Under the pieces are notes generated by a model, which was given only the letters and a program-made list of their open reading frames with translations, searched no databases and was not told the origin of the DNA. A program made the position numbers and the translations under genes. Shown here in pieces: positions 39,290 through 49,295 of a stretch of 56,017 bases of DNA (positions within the stretch are counted from its first letter, which is position 1; each line of letters opens with the position of its first letter). The DNA comes from Patescibacteria group bacterium (GTDB lineage: Bacteria > Patescibacteriota > Minisyncoccia > Phycocordibacterales > UBA12079), in contig JAZDMO010000013.1 in the NCBI GenBank assembly GCA_043800905.1, positions 1 to 56,017 on the forward strand, written 5' to 3'.

Positions 39290-39610
39290 CTACTTAGTTT
39301 TTTTAACCGTTTTAGTCGTTTTCTTTGTGTCAGAAGCCTTCTTCTCGTCTTTTTCTTTAGTCTTGTTATCCTTTTTTGGATCTAAGCCCATACCTTTCAT
39401 CTTAGCAATCTTTCTTTCAGCCTTTTTTGCTGTTTTAGTAGCCACGTCAATAATTTGTTTATCTCTGTAAGTACCACAGTTTTCACAAACTCTATGTCGT
39501 AAATGAAAAGCCTCACATTTAGGGCAACGTGATAATCTTGGGGCTGTTAAGCCATGATGTGAGCGTCTATTTTTAGTATGCCCACTTGTGTGTCTCATTC
39601 TTACTGTCAT
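39290..39610 (-). CDS. rpmF: 50S ribosomal protein L32 with Lys-rich tail
   Basis: RRSHH, CPKC..HRVCENCGTYR. Confidence 0.95.
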   Translation of the reverse strand: MTVRMRHTSGHTKNRRSHHGLTAPRLSRCPKCEAFHLRHRVCENCGTYRDKQIIDVATKTAKKAERKIAKMKGMGLDPKKDNKTKEKDEKKASDTKKTTKTVKKTK

Positions 39611-39663
39611 AATGTTCTAGATTATATACAATTTATTCAAAAAAGCAAAGTGGATTACTATTT

Positions 39664-40221
39664 TTAATAACTTTTTATTTTATTAATTAACTCTTGATAA
39701 TTTATTTTATCAAAATCTGTCATATCAAGATTTATAACAGAACCTTCTATATCTAACAAATCTACCCAACCTCGAATAAGCGATTCTTTAATTTCTTCAT
39801 AGATACAATCTTCACAGTGCCCAGGATGTCTTGTCCCTGCTTTATTTCGCGCAAAAAATCTTTTTTCCAAAACCCCTGCCTGAGCAAAACAATTTATTTG
39901 AATCGGTAAACAATTAAACCTATTTTTTAAATAACTTATTTTTTTAGATGCTAATTCTGGAATAAAATTAGCATCTAAAATTACAGAGTTTTTTGCTTTC
40001 AACAAATTAATTGCGGAATAATATAAGGTGACATAAGCCATCTTCCCAATTCTTCGGGAATGTGGAATATCTACCCAGCCTACAGTATCAAAAAATAACT
40101 CTTTTATAGTATCTTTACTAATTATAGATATACCTAACTCACCCGAAAGTCTTTTTCCAAGAGTCGTTTTTCCTACACAAACCGGTCCTATTAAAATTAT
40201 TAATAAGGGTTTCTTTGTCAT
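39664..40221 (-). CDS. P-loop kinase (AAA_33-like)
   Basis: LIILIGPVCVGKTT, ISKDTIKE, SVILDANF, RHPGH. Confidence 0.85.
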   Translation of the reverse strand: MTKKPLLIILIGPVCVGKTTLGKRLSGELGISIISKDTIKELFFDTVGWVDIPHSRRIGKMAYVTLYYSAINLLKAKNSVILDANFIPELASKKISYLKNRFNCLPIQINCFAQAGVLEKRFFARNKAGTRHPGHCEDCIYEEIKESLIRGWVDLLDIEGSVINLDMTDFDKINYQELINKIKSY

Positions 40222-40350
40222 AAATCTTAATTTTAAAAAAACAAACCCAATTATTCTAACAAACAAGATTTTTTATTTCAACTTTTTTATTCAAATTTTA
40301 TTTAAATAGGAATATTTTGATTATACCACTTTTATAGATATAATATCATC

Positions 40351-43300
40351 ATGTATAAATTTTCGCACCTCCATACCCATAGTCACTACAGTCTTTTAAA
40401 CGCTTTGCCAAAAATTAAAGATTTAGTGTCTCGTGCTAAAGAATTTGAAATGCCAGCCCTTGCGCTCACTGATAGTGGAAACATGTATGGAACTATCGAA
40501 TTTTATCAAGAATGTTTAAAACAAGAAATTAAACCTATTCTAGGGGTAGATTTTTATGTAGCTTTAAAAACTCGTCACGATAAAAGATCTGGAATTGATA
40601 ACCGCACCCATCGCTTAGTACTATTAGCTAAAAATGAAAAAGGTTATAAAAATCTTATTAAACTAGTCTCTATTTCCCATCTTGAAGGTTTTTATTATAA
40701 AGCCCGTATTGATCGTGAAATTATTGAACAATATAAAGAAGGTTTGATTTGTATCATGCCTCATTTTAGCGGTGAAATTCAAAAAGCTCTTCAGTATAAT
40801 GATCAAGAAAAAGCTAAAGAAGTCGGTGATTGGTATCGAAATATTTTCCCAGATTTTTATTTAGAAATTACGCATCATCCAGAATTAGAAGGCCAATTAG
40901 ATTTAAAGAAAAAAATAATTCATTTTGCAAAAAAAGAAAATTTAAATTTAGTAGCAGCTCAAGATGTTTATTATCTAAACCCTGAAGACAAAAAAGCTCG
41001 TGATATTTTAATGTCAGTTCAAGCTTCTGGTCGTAGCCCTTACAAAGATGAAAAAGATGATTTTTCTTTCATTAATCAAATTACGGCTAATGAATATTTT
41101 AAAGATACACCCGAAGCTTTAGAAAATATTCAAAAAATAACAGACTCTTGCAATCTTGAATTAGATATAGATAGATGGGATTTCCCAGATATTGAAATTC
41201 CAGATGGTGAAACATATGATTCTCAATTAAGAAAAAATACCTATGACGGTTTTGAAAAAAGAGGTATTGAAAAAACACCTGAATTGGAAGAACGAGTTGA
41301 ATATGAGTTAGATATTATCAAAAACAAAGGCTATTCTTCATATTTTTTAATTGTATCTGATTTAATCAACTATGCTAGAGGCGTTGGAATCTATACAAAT
41401 ACCAGAGGTTCAGCTGCGGGCTCTTTGGTTTCTTATTTAAATTTCATTACCAAAGTAAATCCAATTGAACTAAAACTCCCCTTTGAACGTTTTATGAACC
41501 CTCACCGCCCCGGAATTCCTGATATTGATGTAGATATCGCCGATATTCGCCGAGATGATGTAATCAATTATCTTCGTGAAAAATATGGGAAAAAAGCGGT
41601 TGCTCAAATTGGAACTTTTGGAACTATGGCAGCTCGGGGATCTGTCCGAGATGTAACTCGAGCCCTAGGATTTCCTTATGAACTTGGCGATAAAATTGCC
41701 AAATTGATTCCTATGGGTTCTCAAGGTTTTCCCATGACGATAGCAAGGGCTTTAGAAATGGAAAAGGATTTAGAAAAACTCCATAAAGAAAATAAAGATG
41801 TGCAAGAGATTATTAAATATGCCCAACAAATTGAAGGTTGTGCTCGACACATTTCCACTCATGCCGCTGGAGTTTTAATTTCCCCTACTCGAGTGGACGA
41901 TTACACTCCTGTTCAGTTTGATAAAGACAATCAAATCATCACCCAATATGATATGTACACAGGAGGAAGAGATGGAGTGGTTAATTTACCAAAATTTGAT
42001 ATTTTGGGAATTAAAAATCTTTCTATTTTAGCCAATACAGTTAAGCTAGCCGAAAAACTAAGAGGAATTAAAATTGATTTAGATAATGTTAATCTGAATG
42101 ATAAAAAAACATATGCCATGTTGGCCCGAGGTGAGACCCTAGGAACTTTTCAATTAAATGGACAGGGAATGACACAATATCTAAAAGAATTAAAACCCCA
42201 CGACATTTGGGATATCATGGCGATGGTAGCACTCTACCGCCCAGGACCTATGGCTTTTATTCCTGATTATATTAAAAGAAAAGAAAACCCCGCTTTGGTG
42301 ACCTATCTTCACCCCGAACTAAAAAATATTTTGGAACCAACCTATGGAATCATTATTTATCAAGATGACGTTATGATGATTGCGGTTAAATTAGCTGGCT
42401 ACACATGGGGAGAGGCTGATAAATTTAGAAAAGCCATGGGAAAGAAAATTCCTGAAATGATGCAAGAACAAAAAGATAAATTTTTTAAGGGATGCGGAGA
42501 ACATGGATTAGAGAAAAAAACTATACAAAAATTATGGGAGACCATTGAAACTTTTGCGGCCTATGGATTCAACAAGGCTCACTCAGCATCTTACGGACGA
42601 GTTGCCTACGAAACTTCCTACATGAAAGCTAATTTTCCGATTGAATATATGACAGCTCTTCTAATGGCAGACTCAGGAGATACAGAAAAAGTAGCTGAAA
42701 TAATTTCTGAGTGTAAACGATTAAATATTCCTGTTCTTCCGCCAGATATCAATGAATCTTTTAAAGATTTTACCATTGTAAAAGATGAAAATGGAAAAGA
42801 AGCCATTCGGTTTGGGCTGGAAACAATCAAAAATTTTGGAGAAGGTATTGCTAATTTTATTATTGCCGAGAGAAAAGAAAGCGGTCCTTTTAAATCACTA
42901 ACTAATTTTCTGGAAAGAATTCAAGATAGAAATTTGAATAAAAAATCTTTAGAAGCACTAGTAATGTGTGGAGCAATGGATAATCTTGGAGAACGAGGTC
43001 AGATGATTGGTAATATGCCAGAATTATTAAAATTCAATAAAGATTTTGGAGGGACCTCTAAAGACCAAGCTTCTTTATTTGGAACAAGTAATTCTGTTTC
43101 AGAAATTACTTTAAACCCAACCGAGCCAGCTTCTATGGAGCAAAAATTAACTTGGGAGAAAGAATTACTTGGTTTATATATTTCAGGGCATCCCTTAGAA
43201 AAATATCGTAAAAGATTAGAAAACAGCAAAACAAATTTAAGCAAAATCAAAAAAAATGGTCTTGAAGGAATGACTACTGTTGTAGCAGGAATTATTGAAG

Positions 43301-43515
43301 AAGTAAAACCAATTTTAACCAAAAAGGGAGACAAAATGGCTTTTGTACGTTTAGCTGATTTAAACGATACCTTAGAAGTGGTAGTCTTCCCCAAAATTTA
43401 TACTGAATTTGCAGAATTTTTAGTAGAGGATAAGTGTCTTTTAATTAAAGGAAAAATTTCTAAAAGAAATGGTGACACTTCACTACTGGTTGATAATATT
43501 AGAGAACTCAACTAA
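40351..43515 (+). CDS. dnaE: DNA polymerase III alpha subunit
   Basis: PHP HLHTHSHYS, RGSAAGS, PDIDVD, YGFNKAHS, C-terminal OB fold. Confidence 0.98.
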   Translation: MYKFSHLHTHSHYSLLNALPKIKDLVSRAKEFEMPALALTDSGNMYGTIEFYQECLKQEIKPILGVDFYVALKTRHDKRSGIDNRTHRLVLLAKNEKGYKNLIKLVSISHLEGFYYKARIDREIIEQYKEGLICIMPHFSGEIQKALQYNDQEKAKEVGDWYRNIFPDFYLEITHHPELEGQLDLKKKIIHFAKKENLNLVAAQDVYYLNPEDKKARDILMSVQASGRSPYKDEKDDFSFINQITANEYFKDTPEALENIQKITDSCNLELDIDRWDFPDIEIPDGETYDSQLRKNTYDGFEKRGIEKTPELEERVEYELDIIKNKGYSSYFLIVSDLINYARGVGIYTNTRGSAAGSLVSYLNFITKVNPIELKLPFERFMNPHRPGIPDIDVDIADIRRDDVINYLREKYGKKAVAQIGTFGTMAARGSVRDVTRALGFPYELGDKIAKLIPMGSQGFPMTIARALEMEKDLEKLHKENKDVQEIIKYAQQIEGCARHISTHAAGVLISPTRVDDYTPVQFDKDNQIITQYDMYTGGRDGVVNLPKFDILGIKNLSILANTVKLAEKLRGIKIDLDNVNLNDKKTYAMLARGETLGTFQLNGQGMTQYLKELKPHDIWDIMAMVALYRPGPMAFIPDYIKRKENPALVTYLHPELKNILEPTYGIIIYQDDVMMIAVKLAGYTWGEADKFRKAMGKKIPEMMQEQKDKFFKGCGEHGLEKKTIQKLWETIETFAAYGFNKAHSASYGRVAYETSYMKANFPIEYMTALLMADSGDTEKVAEIISECKRLNIPVLPPDINESFKDFTIVKDENGKEAIRFGLETIKNFGEGIANFIIAERKESGPFKSLTNFLERIQDRNLNKKSLEALVMCGAMDNLGERGQMIGNMPELLKFNKDFGGTSKDQASLFGTSNSVSEITLNPTEPASMEQKLTWEKELLGLYISGHPLEKYRKRLENSKTNLSKIKKNGLEGMTTVVAGIIEEVKPILTKKGDKMAFVRLADLNDTLEVVVFPKIYTEFAEFLVEDKCLLIKGKISKRNGDTSLLVDNIRELN

Positions 43516-43658
43516 ATAATTTCCAAATCAGAAAACTTCTTTATTGGCTTCAAAAAATACTTTTCACCGGATGCTCGATACAACTCAAAACATTTTTTCT
43601 TGCCTCTTCAAATTTCATCTGATTTTTAAATTATTTGTAAACTTCAATTATTATTTCT

Positions 43659-43745
43659 GGATTGCTTCACTATCGCTCGCAATGACAAACCGTATGTTCG
43701 TCATTGCGAAGTTTTTGTTAACCCAAACAAAAACTATGACAATCT
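43659..43745. repeat. REP-like doublet
   Basis: GGATTGCTTCACTATCGCTCGCAATGAC ... GTCATTGCGAAG...GACAATCT. Confidence 0.8.
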
Positions 43746-43817
43746 AACAAAAAAGAAAAAACCGCCGTGTTTCGAGATAAGAACCATCTCAAAATACGGC
43801 GGTATACTAAAACAGGT

Positions 43818-44711
43818 TTATGGAGAAATCCCTTTAGTTGAAATTTCTTTTCGAAAACTTACAATAAAACTTTTAATTAAAATTCCTATAGGAATAATAT
43901 TTACTACAAAAATTGAATAATAAAGGTTCGTGAAGCAGTCATAAATAATAAAAATTCCTCCTAAAAGAATCACAGCGAGAGTTACTGAGGAAATAATTCC
44001 CAAAAGGTCATCTTGGCAACAAGAAGAGAGTCCTTTTCCAGCTCGAAACAAAACAAAAAAAGAAACGAGTGTTGGAATCAACCACATTAGAGCAACTCCA
44101 TTTTGTTTTAAAGTGCGGAAAATGATAGATTTACATAAAAACATCCATGACAGGTAAAAAAACAAGTAAAAAACCTCCAAACGAAACAAACCAGCGTAAA
44201 TCCCTTCGATTTTCATTTCAAAATTAACTAAAATTCGAAAAACGAAAATACCTGAGATTAAAAGTAAAATCAAAGGCCAAAGCAAAAGCCAATAACTATT
44301 TTCAAAATCTACAACAACTTTCTTTTCTTTTGGCTCCCAAAACTTTCCTTTTCCATCTGCAAAATCAACATCAAAGGCATAGAAATTAGTTGTGGTTGTT
44401 GTTTCTATTTTGGGAATAAAGTATCCCCAAAAAAGAAAACGGACTTTTATTTCTTTTTTTTCATAAACAAACCCTTTCTCTAAAACCATTTTTTCAACTT
44501 CCTCTAGCGGAATTTCCCACTTTGTAGGAGATTGAAGAAAAGTTTTTTGAACTTCGCACAGTGCCAACTTCCCATTATATTCAATAACAATTTTTTCTTC
44601 TGCTCTACAACACACCGTCAGAAAAAATCCAACAATGAGAGTCGCAATGAAGATAAGAAAACAACGAGCCACAAACCTTTTACTTTTAGTTATTTTTGTC
44701 ACAGAAAACAT
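43818..44711 (-). CDS. hypothetical polytopic membrane protein (orphan)
   Basis: AAAGGAG RBS; TTGCCA-17-TATATT promoter; terminator at 43760-43803. Confidence 0.75.
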   Translation of the reverse strand: MFSVTKITKSKRFVARCFLIFIATLIVGFFLTVCCRAEEKIVIEYNGKLALCEVQKTFLQSPTKWEIPLEEVEKMVLEKGFVYEKKEIKVRFLFWGYFIPKIETTTTTNFYAFDVDFADGKGKFWEPKEKKVVVDFENSYWLLLWPLILLLISGIFVFRILVNFEMKIEGIYAGLFRLEVFYLFFYLSWMFLCKSIIFRTLKQNGVALMWLIPTLVSFFVLFRAGKGLSSCCQDDLLGIISSVTLAVILLGGIFIIYDCFTNLYYSIFVVNIIPIGILIKSFIVSFRKEISTKGISP

Positions 44712-44860
44712 AAAATTTCTCCTTTTTTATTCAGTTATAGTTTAAACTTCTGGTTAGAATATATATTAAATATAATGAAATGGCAATAAAAACCACGGCT
44801 CTATTAAGCCGTAGTTTTTTGTTTTTCAAAGAGTGCTATGCACACAAATTTTACGATTTG

Positions 44861-44932
44861 TGACCCTACAGAGAATCGAACTCTGATTTCCGCCTTGAGA
44901 AGGCGATGTCCTAACCGTTAGACGATAGGGCC
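44861..44932 (-). tRNA. tRNA-Glu(CTC)
   Basis: GGCCCTA...TAGGGTC-A; anticodon arm TCGCC-TTCTCAA-GGCGG. Confidence 0.93.
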
Positions 44933-45217
44933 AAATATGTATTATGTAATATGTATCAAGTATTATGTATTTTAAAAGAACGGTGTCCGCTATATTCTAA
45001 CTGGGTTAGACGATAGGACTGTTTTAAAATTTTTATTTTTTAATTTTGTAAATAAAAGCACTTCGTCTTATATAAACTCCTCGGCTCAAGAATATGAATT
45101 AGTTAAAAATTTATAAAGTAAAAAATTGCGAAACAATTTTTCCTAAATAACTAAAACCTAAACAACTAATAAACTAAATCATTATACTAATTTTAAATTT
45201 AAAATCAAAAGAAAAAT

Positions 45218-46849
45218 CTACCTAATCCTTTGTTTAATAGAAGCAAAAATTTCTTCTATCTCTTGATTTTTTAATACTTTTAAAGTAATTATCGCGACCA
45301 AAATACCGCTCAAACCAGACAAAAATCCTTGGCAAAAAATTCCAAACAAAGTATTAATATTAAAAAAGTTATTCCATAATTCCAAAGAAAAATAAGCCAC
45401 TCCCCCTAGAACTAAAGAAGCAAAACAAACTTGATAAAAGGATCTATTTAAATCTGCCGTCAAATATTTAAAATCTTTTTTAATAAAGAAAAATAATAAA
45501 AGCATATTAATAATATTAGCAAGACTGTAACTTAAAGGAAGAACAATTACATCAATATTTACAATATCACTAATTTTTAAGATTGACCCCAAAAAATCTA
45601 ATAATACTGGAAAGGATACAAAAATCCATTTAAACATAAATGCAAAAATAACAATTAAAATAGAAGAAAAAATATTTATAAGCACCGGTCTTTTAGTTAT
45701 TCCAGCAGCATAATAACCTTTAACAAAAAACAAAATCAAACTTTGGGCAGTAATTGAAATAGCAAAAAGAGCTAAACAAGCAGCAGTTAAACGAGTATCT
45801 ACCCAACTAAATTTCCCTGATCCTAAAACAACTCTAACTACTTGAGCTCTTAAAACAACAAACAAAACCGTTGCCATTAGCGTCCAAAAAATAATATACC
45901 GAGTAGTAATCCCTACCTGTCTTAAAAATTCATCTTTCTTTTCGTGGGTTAGTTTAGACAATACAGGAAAAGCCGCTACAGAATAACTTACCCCAATAAT
46001 ACTTAAGGGAACTGATTGCAAAGCAAAAGCAAAATTAAAAACAGCGATAGAACCCTTAGCCATATTAGAAGCCACCGCCAATAAAAACAAAACAGCTAAG
46101 TTCCCCGCAGACAAAGCTAAGGTCCTAGGTAAAGATAAAAACATTATTTTCTTTATTTTTCCAAAATTAGTGACTAAGGTTGCCTTAGGGATAAAACCTA
46201 ATCTATAAATAGACGGTAATTGAATAATTAAATGGAAAAGAGCCCCTAAAATTACACCCATGGCCAAACCCTTCATTCCCCAAACAGGATAAAACAAAAT
46301 AATTCCGATTATAATTCCAATATTATAAAGTAATGGGCTAAGAGCATAAACAAAAAATTTCTTTTTAATTTGGATAATACTCGTAAAAAAATTAGAAAAA
46401 CCTAATAATATCGGCGACAATAATAAAATTCTAGACAAAACGATTGTCTGCTCAACCATGTCGACACTAAAACCTCTAAAAATATAAAAAATCAATGTGG
46501 GCATCAAAAAAAAGGATCCTAAACAAACAATCAAAATAAGGACAAAAAATAAAGAAAAAATTTCGTCCATAAACTTTTTACTAATACCCTCTTCCCTTTC
46601 CTTACTTAAATAAGGAACCAATACTGATACTGAAACTAAAGAAGCGACAGAAATAAAAATAAAATCAGGAATTCTAAAAGAAGCATAGTAAATATCAAGA
46701 ATTTCGCCAGCTCCAAAACTATGAGCTAAAACCCTATCTCTAAGTAAGGCTAAAATTTGAGACAATAAAGAAGAAAAGGCTAAAATATAAGCGGCCTTAT
46801 GCAGCCCGCTTATATCTTTATTTACAAAGTTAAAAACTTTCTTAATCAT
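45218..46849 (-). CDS. murJ: lipid II flippase MurJ/MviN
   Basis: LLRDRVLAHSFGAG..DIYYASFRIPD; many TM helices. Confidence 0.95.
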   Translation of the reverse strand: MIKKVFNFVNKDISGLHKAAYILAFSSLLSQILALLRDRVLAHSFGAGEILDIYYASFRIPDFIFISVASLVSVSVLVPYLSKEREEGISKKFMDEIFSLFFVLILIVCLGSFFLMPTLIFYIFRGFSVDMVEQTIVLSRILLLSPILLGFSNFFTSIIQIKKKFFVYALSPLLYNIGIIIGIILFYPVWGMKGLAMGVILGALFHLIIQLPSIYRLGFIPKATLVTNFGKIKKIMFLSLPRTLALSAGNLAVLFLLAVASNMAKGSIAVFNFAFALQSVPLSIIGVSYSVAAFPVLSKLTHEKKDEFLRQVGITTRYIIFWTLMATVLFVVLRAQVVRVVLGSGKFSWVDTRLTAACLALFAISITAQSLILFFVKGYYAAGITKRPVLINIFSSILIVIFAFMFKWIFVSFPVLLDFLGSILKISDIVNIDVIVLPLSYSLANIINMLLLFFFIKKDFKYLTADLNRSFYQVCFASLVLGGVAYFSLELWNNFFNINTLFGIFCQGFLSGLSGILVAIITLKVLKNQEIEEIFASIKQRIR

Positions 46850-46855
46850 CTTTTA

Positions 46856-49192
46856 TTACTCAGCCTCTTCAACAGGAACCTCTTCTGTTGAAGTCTGGGT
46901 AGTTTCGGTTGCCTGTTCTAGCCCATAAAACAAATTGCGACCAGCTTTTGCATTTTCAATGATAGTGTCGATAGTTGTGTCTTGTGGATTCAATTCTTTA
47001 ACAATATTGAATTGAGCTAAAGCTTTTTCAGTCTCTTTGGCCACATAATAGTTAACTCCTAACAAATATCTAGCATCAATATAATAAGGACTTAAAATTA
47101 CAGCTTGTTCAAGAACAGCAACTGCCTCTTCGGTATTGTCTAAATTATAATCTAATAAACCTAATTGGAAGTAAGCTTGTGGATCAGTTTGGTTCGCCTT
47201 AACTAAGGCTCTTAAAATATTCAAGGCCTCATCATTATTTTTAGCATCTAATTCAATCTGAGCTAACATATAATAAGCATCTGAATAATTATTTTTAAAT
47301 TGAATGGCTCCAACAATATATTCCTTTGCCTTATCAATATTTTCATTTGCCAACTCTAAATTAGCTAAATTCAAAACCAAAGAAGGATTAGTTGGGTTTA
47401 ATTCCAAAGCCTTAAAATAACTCTGTGTAGCTGTATCATAAGCTCCTTCTGTTTTTAATGGAACAATATTTGCGTAAACCTTACCAATATTCGCCCAGTT
47501 AAGATAATTGTCTTTATCTGCCTTTATCGCCATTTGAGAATAAATTGTAGCATTACCAAAAATTCTCTGGAATTCTTCCTGTAAAGTTTTTTCATCAACA
47601 CCTTCTTGATTAAATAATGCTTGTAATTGTAATAAACTTAAATCACTTAAAGATCGATAATAAAAATCTGTCTCAAAGGTATTAGCTGCTTTATTCATCA
47701 ATTCAAATGACTTGTTTAAATCGCCATCAATATTTACAGCGGTTACTGCTTTTTGAAACTGTGATGAAGCTAAAACTTTTTCTCCTGAAACAAAAGATGT
47801 ATAGGCCGTAAAGATAACAAGCAAAGTAGCTCCAGTTAAAAAAGAAATAGATTTTCCTTTATTCGAAATAAAAGTTATTTTATTTTGTAAAATAATATTT
47901 TCTGAATAAATTAAAGAAAGTAACAATCCTAAGAACAAGAAAGTTAAACTTAACAAAACAACCCCTGGATTGTAAATAAACAAGAAAAGAACTAAATACA
48001 AGACCGCAAAATAAACAACAGCAGAAACAAAATGATTAATAGGATTTAAACGACTCGCCTTCAACAATCTTGCTCCAAAAAATAAAATAATTCCCAAGAA
48101 AAGCAACCACCCAAAAAATCCTAACACTCCAACCGTCACCAAAGAAGAAACTATAAAATTTGAACCCATAGGGAAACTAGCATTCCAAAATTCCGAACTA
48201 TTTACCTCTATCGGTTTTTTACTAATCCATTCTTTTTCAAAAGAATCAGGACCAGCTCCTAAAAATAATTTCTTTAAATTACTCATTTCAACCAAACCTA
48301 AAGTACTACTTACAGAAGGCCTTACCTCTAAATTTGAGATTTTCAAACGATTTGGAAGGAAATTGGCAACGGTACTTGAAAAAACAAAAACCAAAGAAAG
48401 AATTAGCACAACAATAGGAGTTACAGGAATTTTTTTATCCACGAAAACAAAAGAATAGATAGCGATCAATGCAGAAAATATAGCTAATGAAATCCAAAGA
48501 GCCCCAAAATTAACTAAAGCGATAAAAAATAAACTTAAAGCTAAAATTACGTAAGTAAGAGTTAAGCCTTTTTTATTGTTTCTCATAAATAAACCAGCAA
48601 CCAAAGACAAGACAGAAATTAAACCTAAGAAAATACCTAGCTCACTCCAAGACCCAATTAAATTATCTATAACGCCAGTTAATAAACCTAAAGACAAAAA
48701 ACTAGGACCAACAAATAATCTAATTAAATGGACAACCATCATAATTACCGAAGAAAAAATTAAAGCCCCAAAAATAGAAAGAATTTTATTTTTATTTATC
48801 TTTATTTTTGAAACCAATAGAAATAACAAAAATAAAGTAAAGACAAAAGCAAAGGTAGTAGTTTCAAAATCTTTCCCAATAAGGTTAATCATAATCGAAC
48901 CAGAAGATAAAGAAGAAATTAAATAAACTGCAGGAACAAGTACTAAAGAAAAAGATAGTAAAAAACGAGGAGTTTCTATTTCTTTAGTTTTAAATTTGCT
49001 TATCCACCAAAAAATCGTCAACACAAAAACGGTCAACATTAGTAAACCGAATTTACCAGTGATTCCAGCAAAAAAGACCGAAGGAATAAAAAATAAAGGC
49101 ATTAAAAAAGTAAAAGCCACTAAAATAAAGAAAAAGAAGTTATCAAAAAAACCATTTTTCTTTGTTTCGATTGCACTATCAAAATTTTCCAT
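46856..49192 (-). CDS. polytopic membrane protein with C-terminal TPR repeats (O-antigen ligase-like architecture)
   Basis: About 12 TM segments, LGAGPDSF loop, TPRs (KALELNPTNP, AYFQLG). Confidence 0.8.
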   Translation of the reverse strand: MENFDSAIETKKNGFFDNFFFFILVAFTFLMPLFFIPSVFFAGITGKFGLLMLTVFVLTIFWWISKFKTKEIETPRFLLSFSLVLVPAVYLISSLSSGSIMINLIGKDFETTTFAFVFTLFLLFLLVSKIKINKNKILSIFGALIFSSVIMMVVHLIRLFVGPSFLSLGLLTGVIDNLIGSWSELGIFLGLISVLSLVAGLFMRNNKKGLTLTYVILALSLFFIALVNFGALWISLAIFSALIAIYSFVFVDKKIPVTPIVVLILSLVFVFSSTVANFLPNRLKISNLEVRPSVSSTLGLVEMSNLKKLFLGAGPDSFEKEWISKKPIEVNSSEFWNASFPMGSNFIVSSLVTVGVLGFFGWLLFLGIILFFGARLLKASRLNPINHFVSAVVYFAVLYLVLFLFIYNPGVVLLSLTFLFLGLLLSLIYSENIILQNKITFISNKGKSISFLTGATLLVIFTAYTSFVSGEKVLASSQFQKAVTAVNIDGDLNKSFELMNKAANTFETDFYYRSLSDLSLLQLQALFNQEGVDEKTLQEEFQRIFGNATIYSQMAIKADKDNYLNWANIGKVYANIVPLKTEGAYDTATQSYFKALELNPTNPSLVLNLANLELANENIDKAKEYIVGAIQFKNNYSDAYYMLAQIELDAKNNDEALNILRALVKANQTDPQAYFQLGLLDYNLDNTEEAVAVLEQAVILSPYYIDARYLLGVNYYVAKETEKALAQFNIVKELNPQDTTIDTIIENAKAGRNLFYGLEQATETTQTSTEEVPVEEAE

Positions 49193-49295
49193 TGTAAATA
49201 AAAATTAGATTATTAATAATATATATTTATATGTAAAAATTATATCTCTTATACAAACAAAAACAAACCCCTAGTTGTTGATAAAAGAGAAAAAT

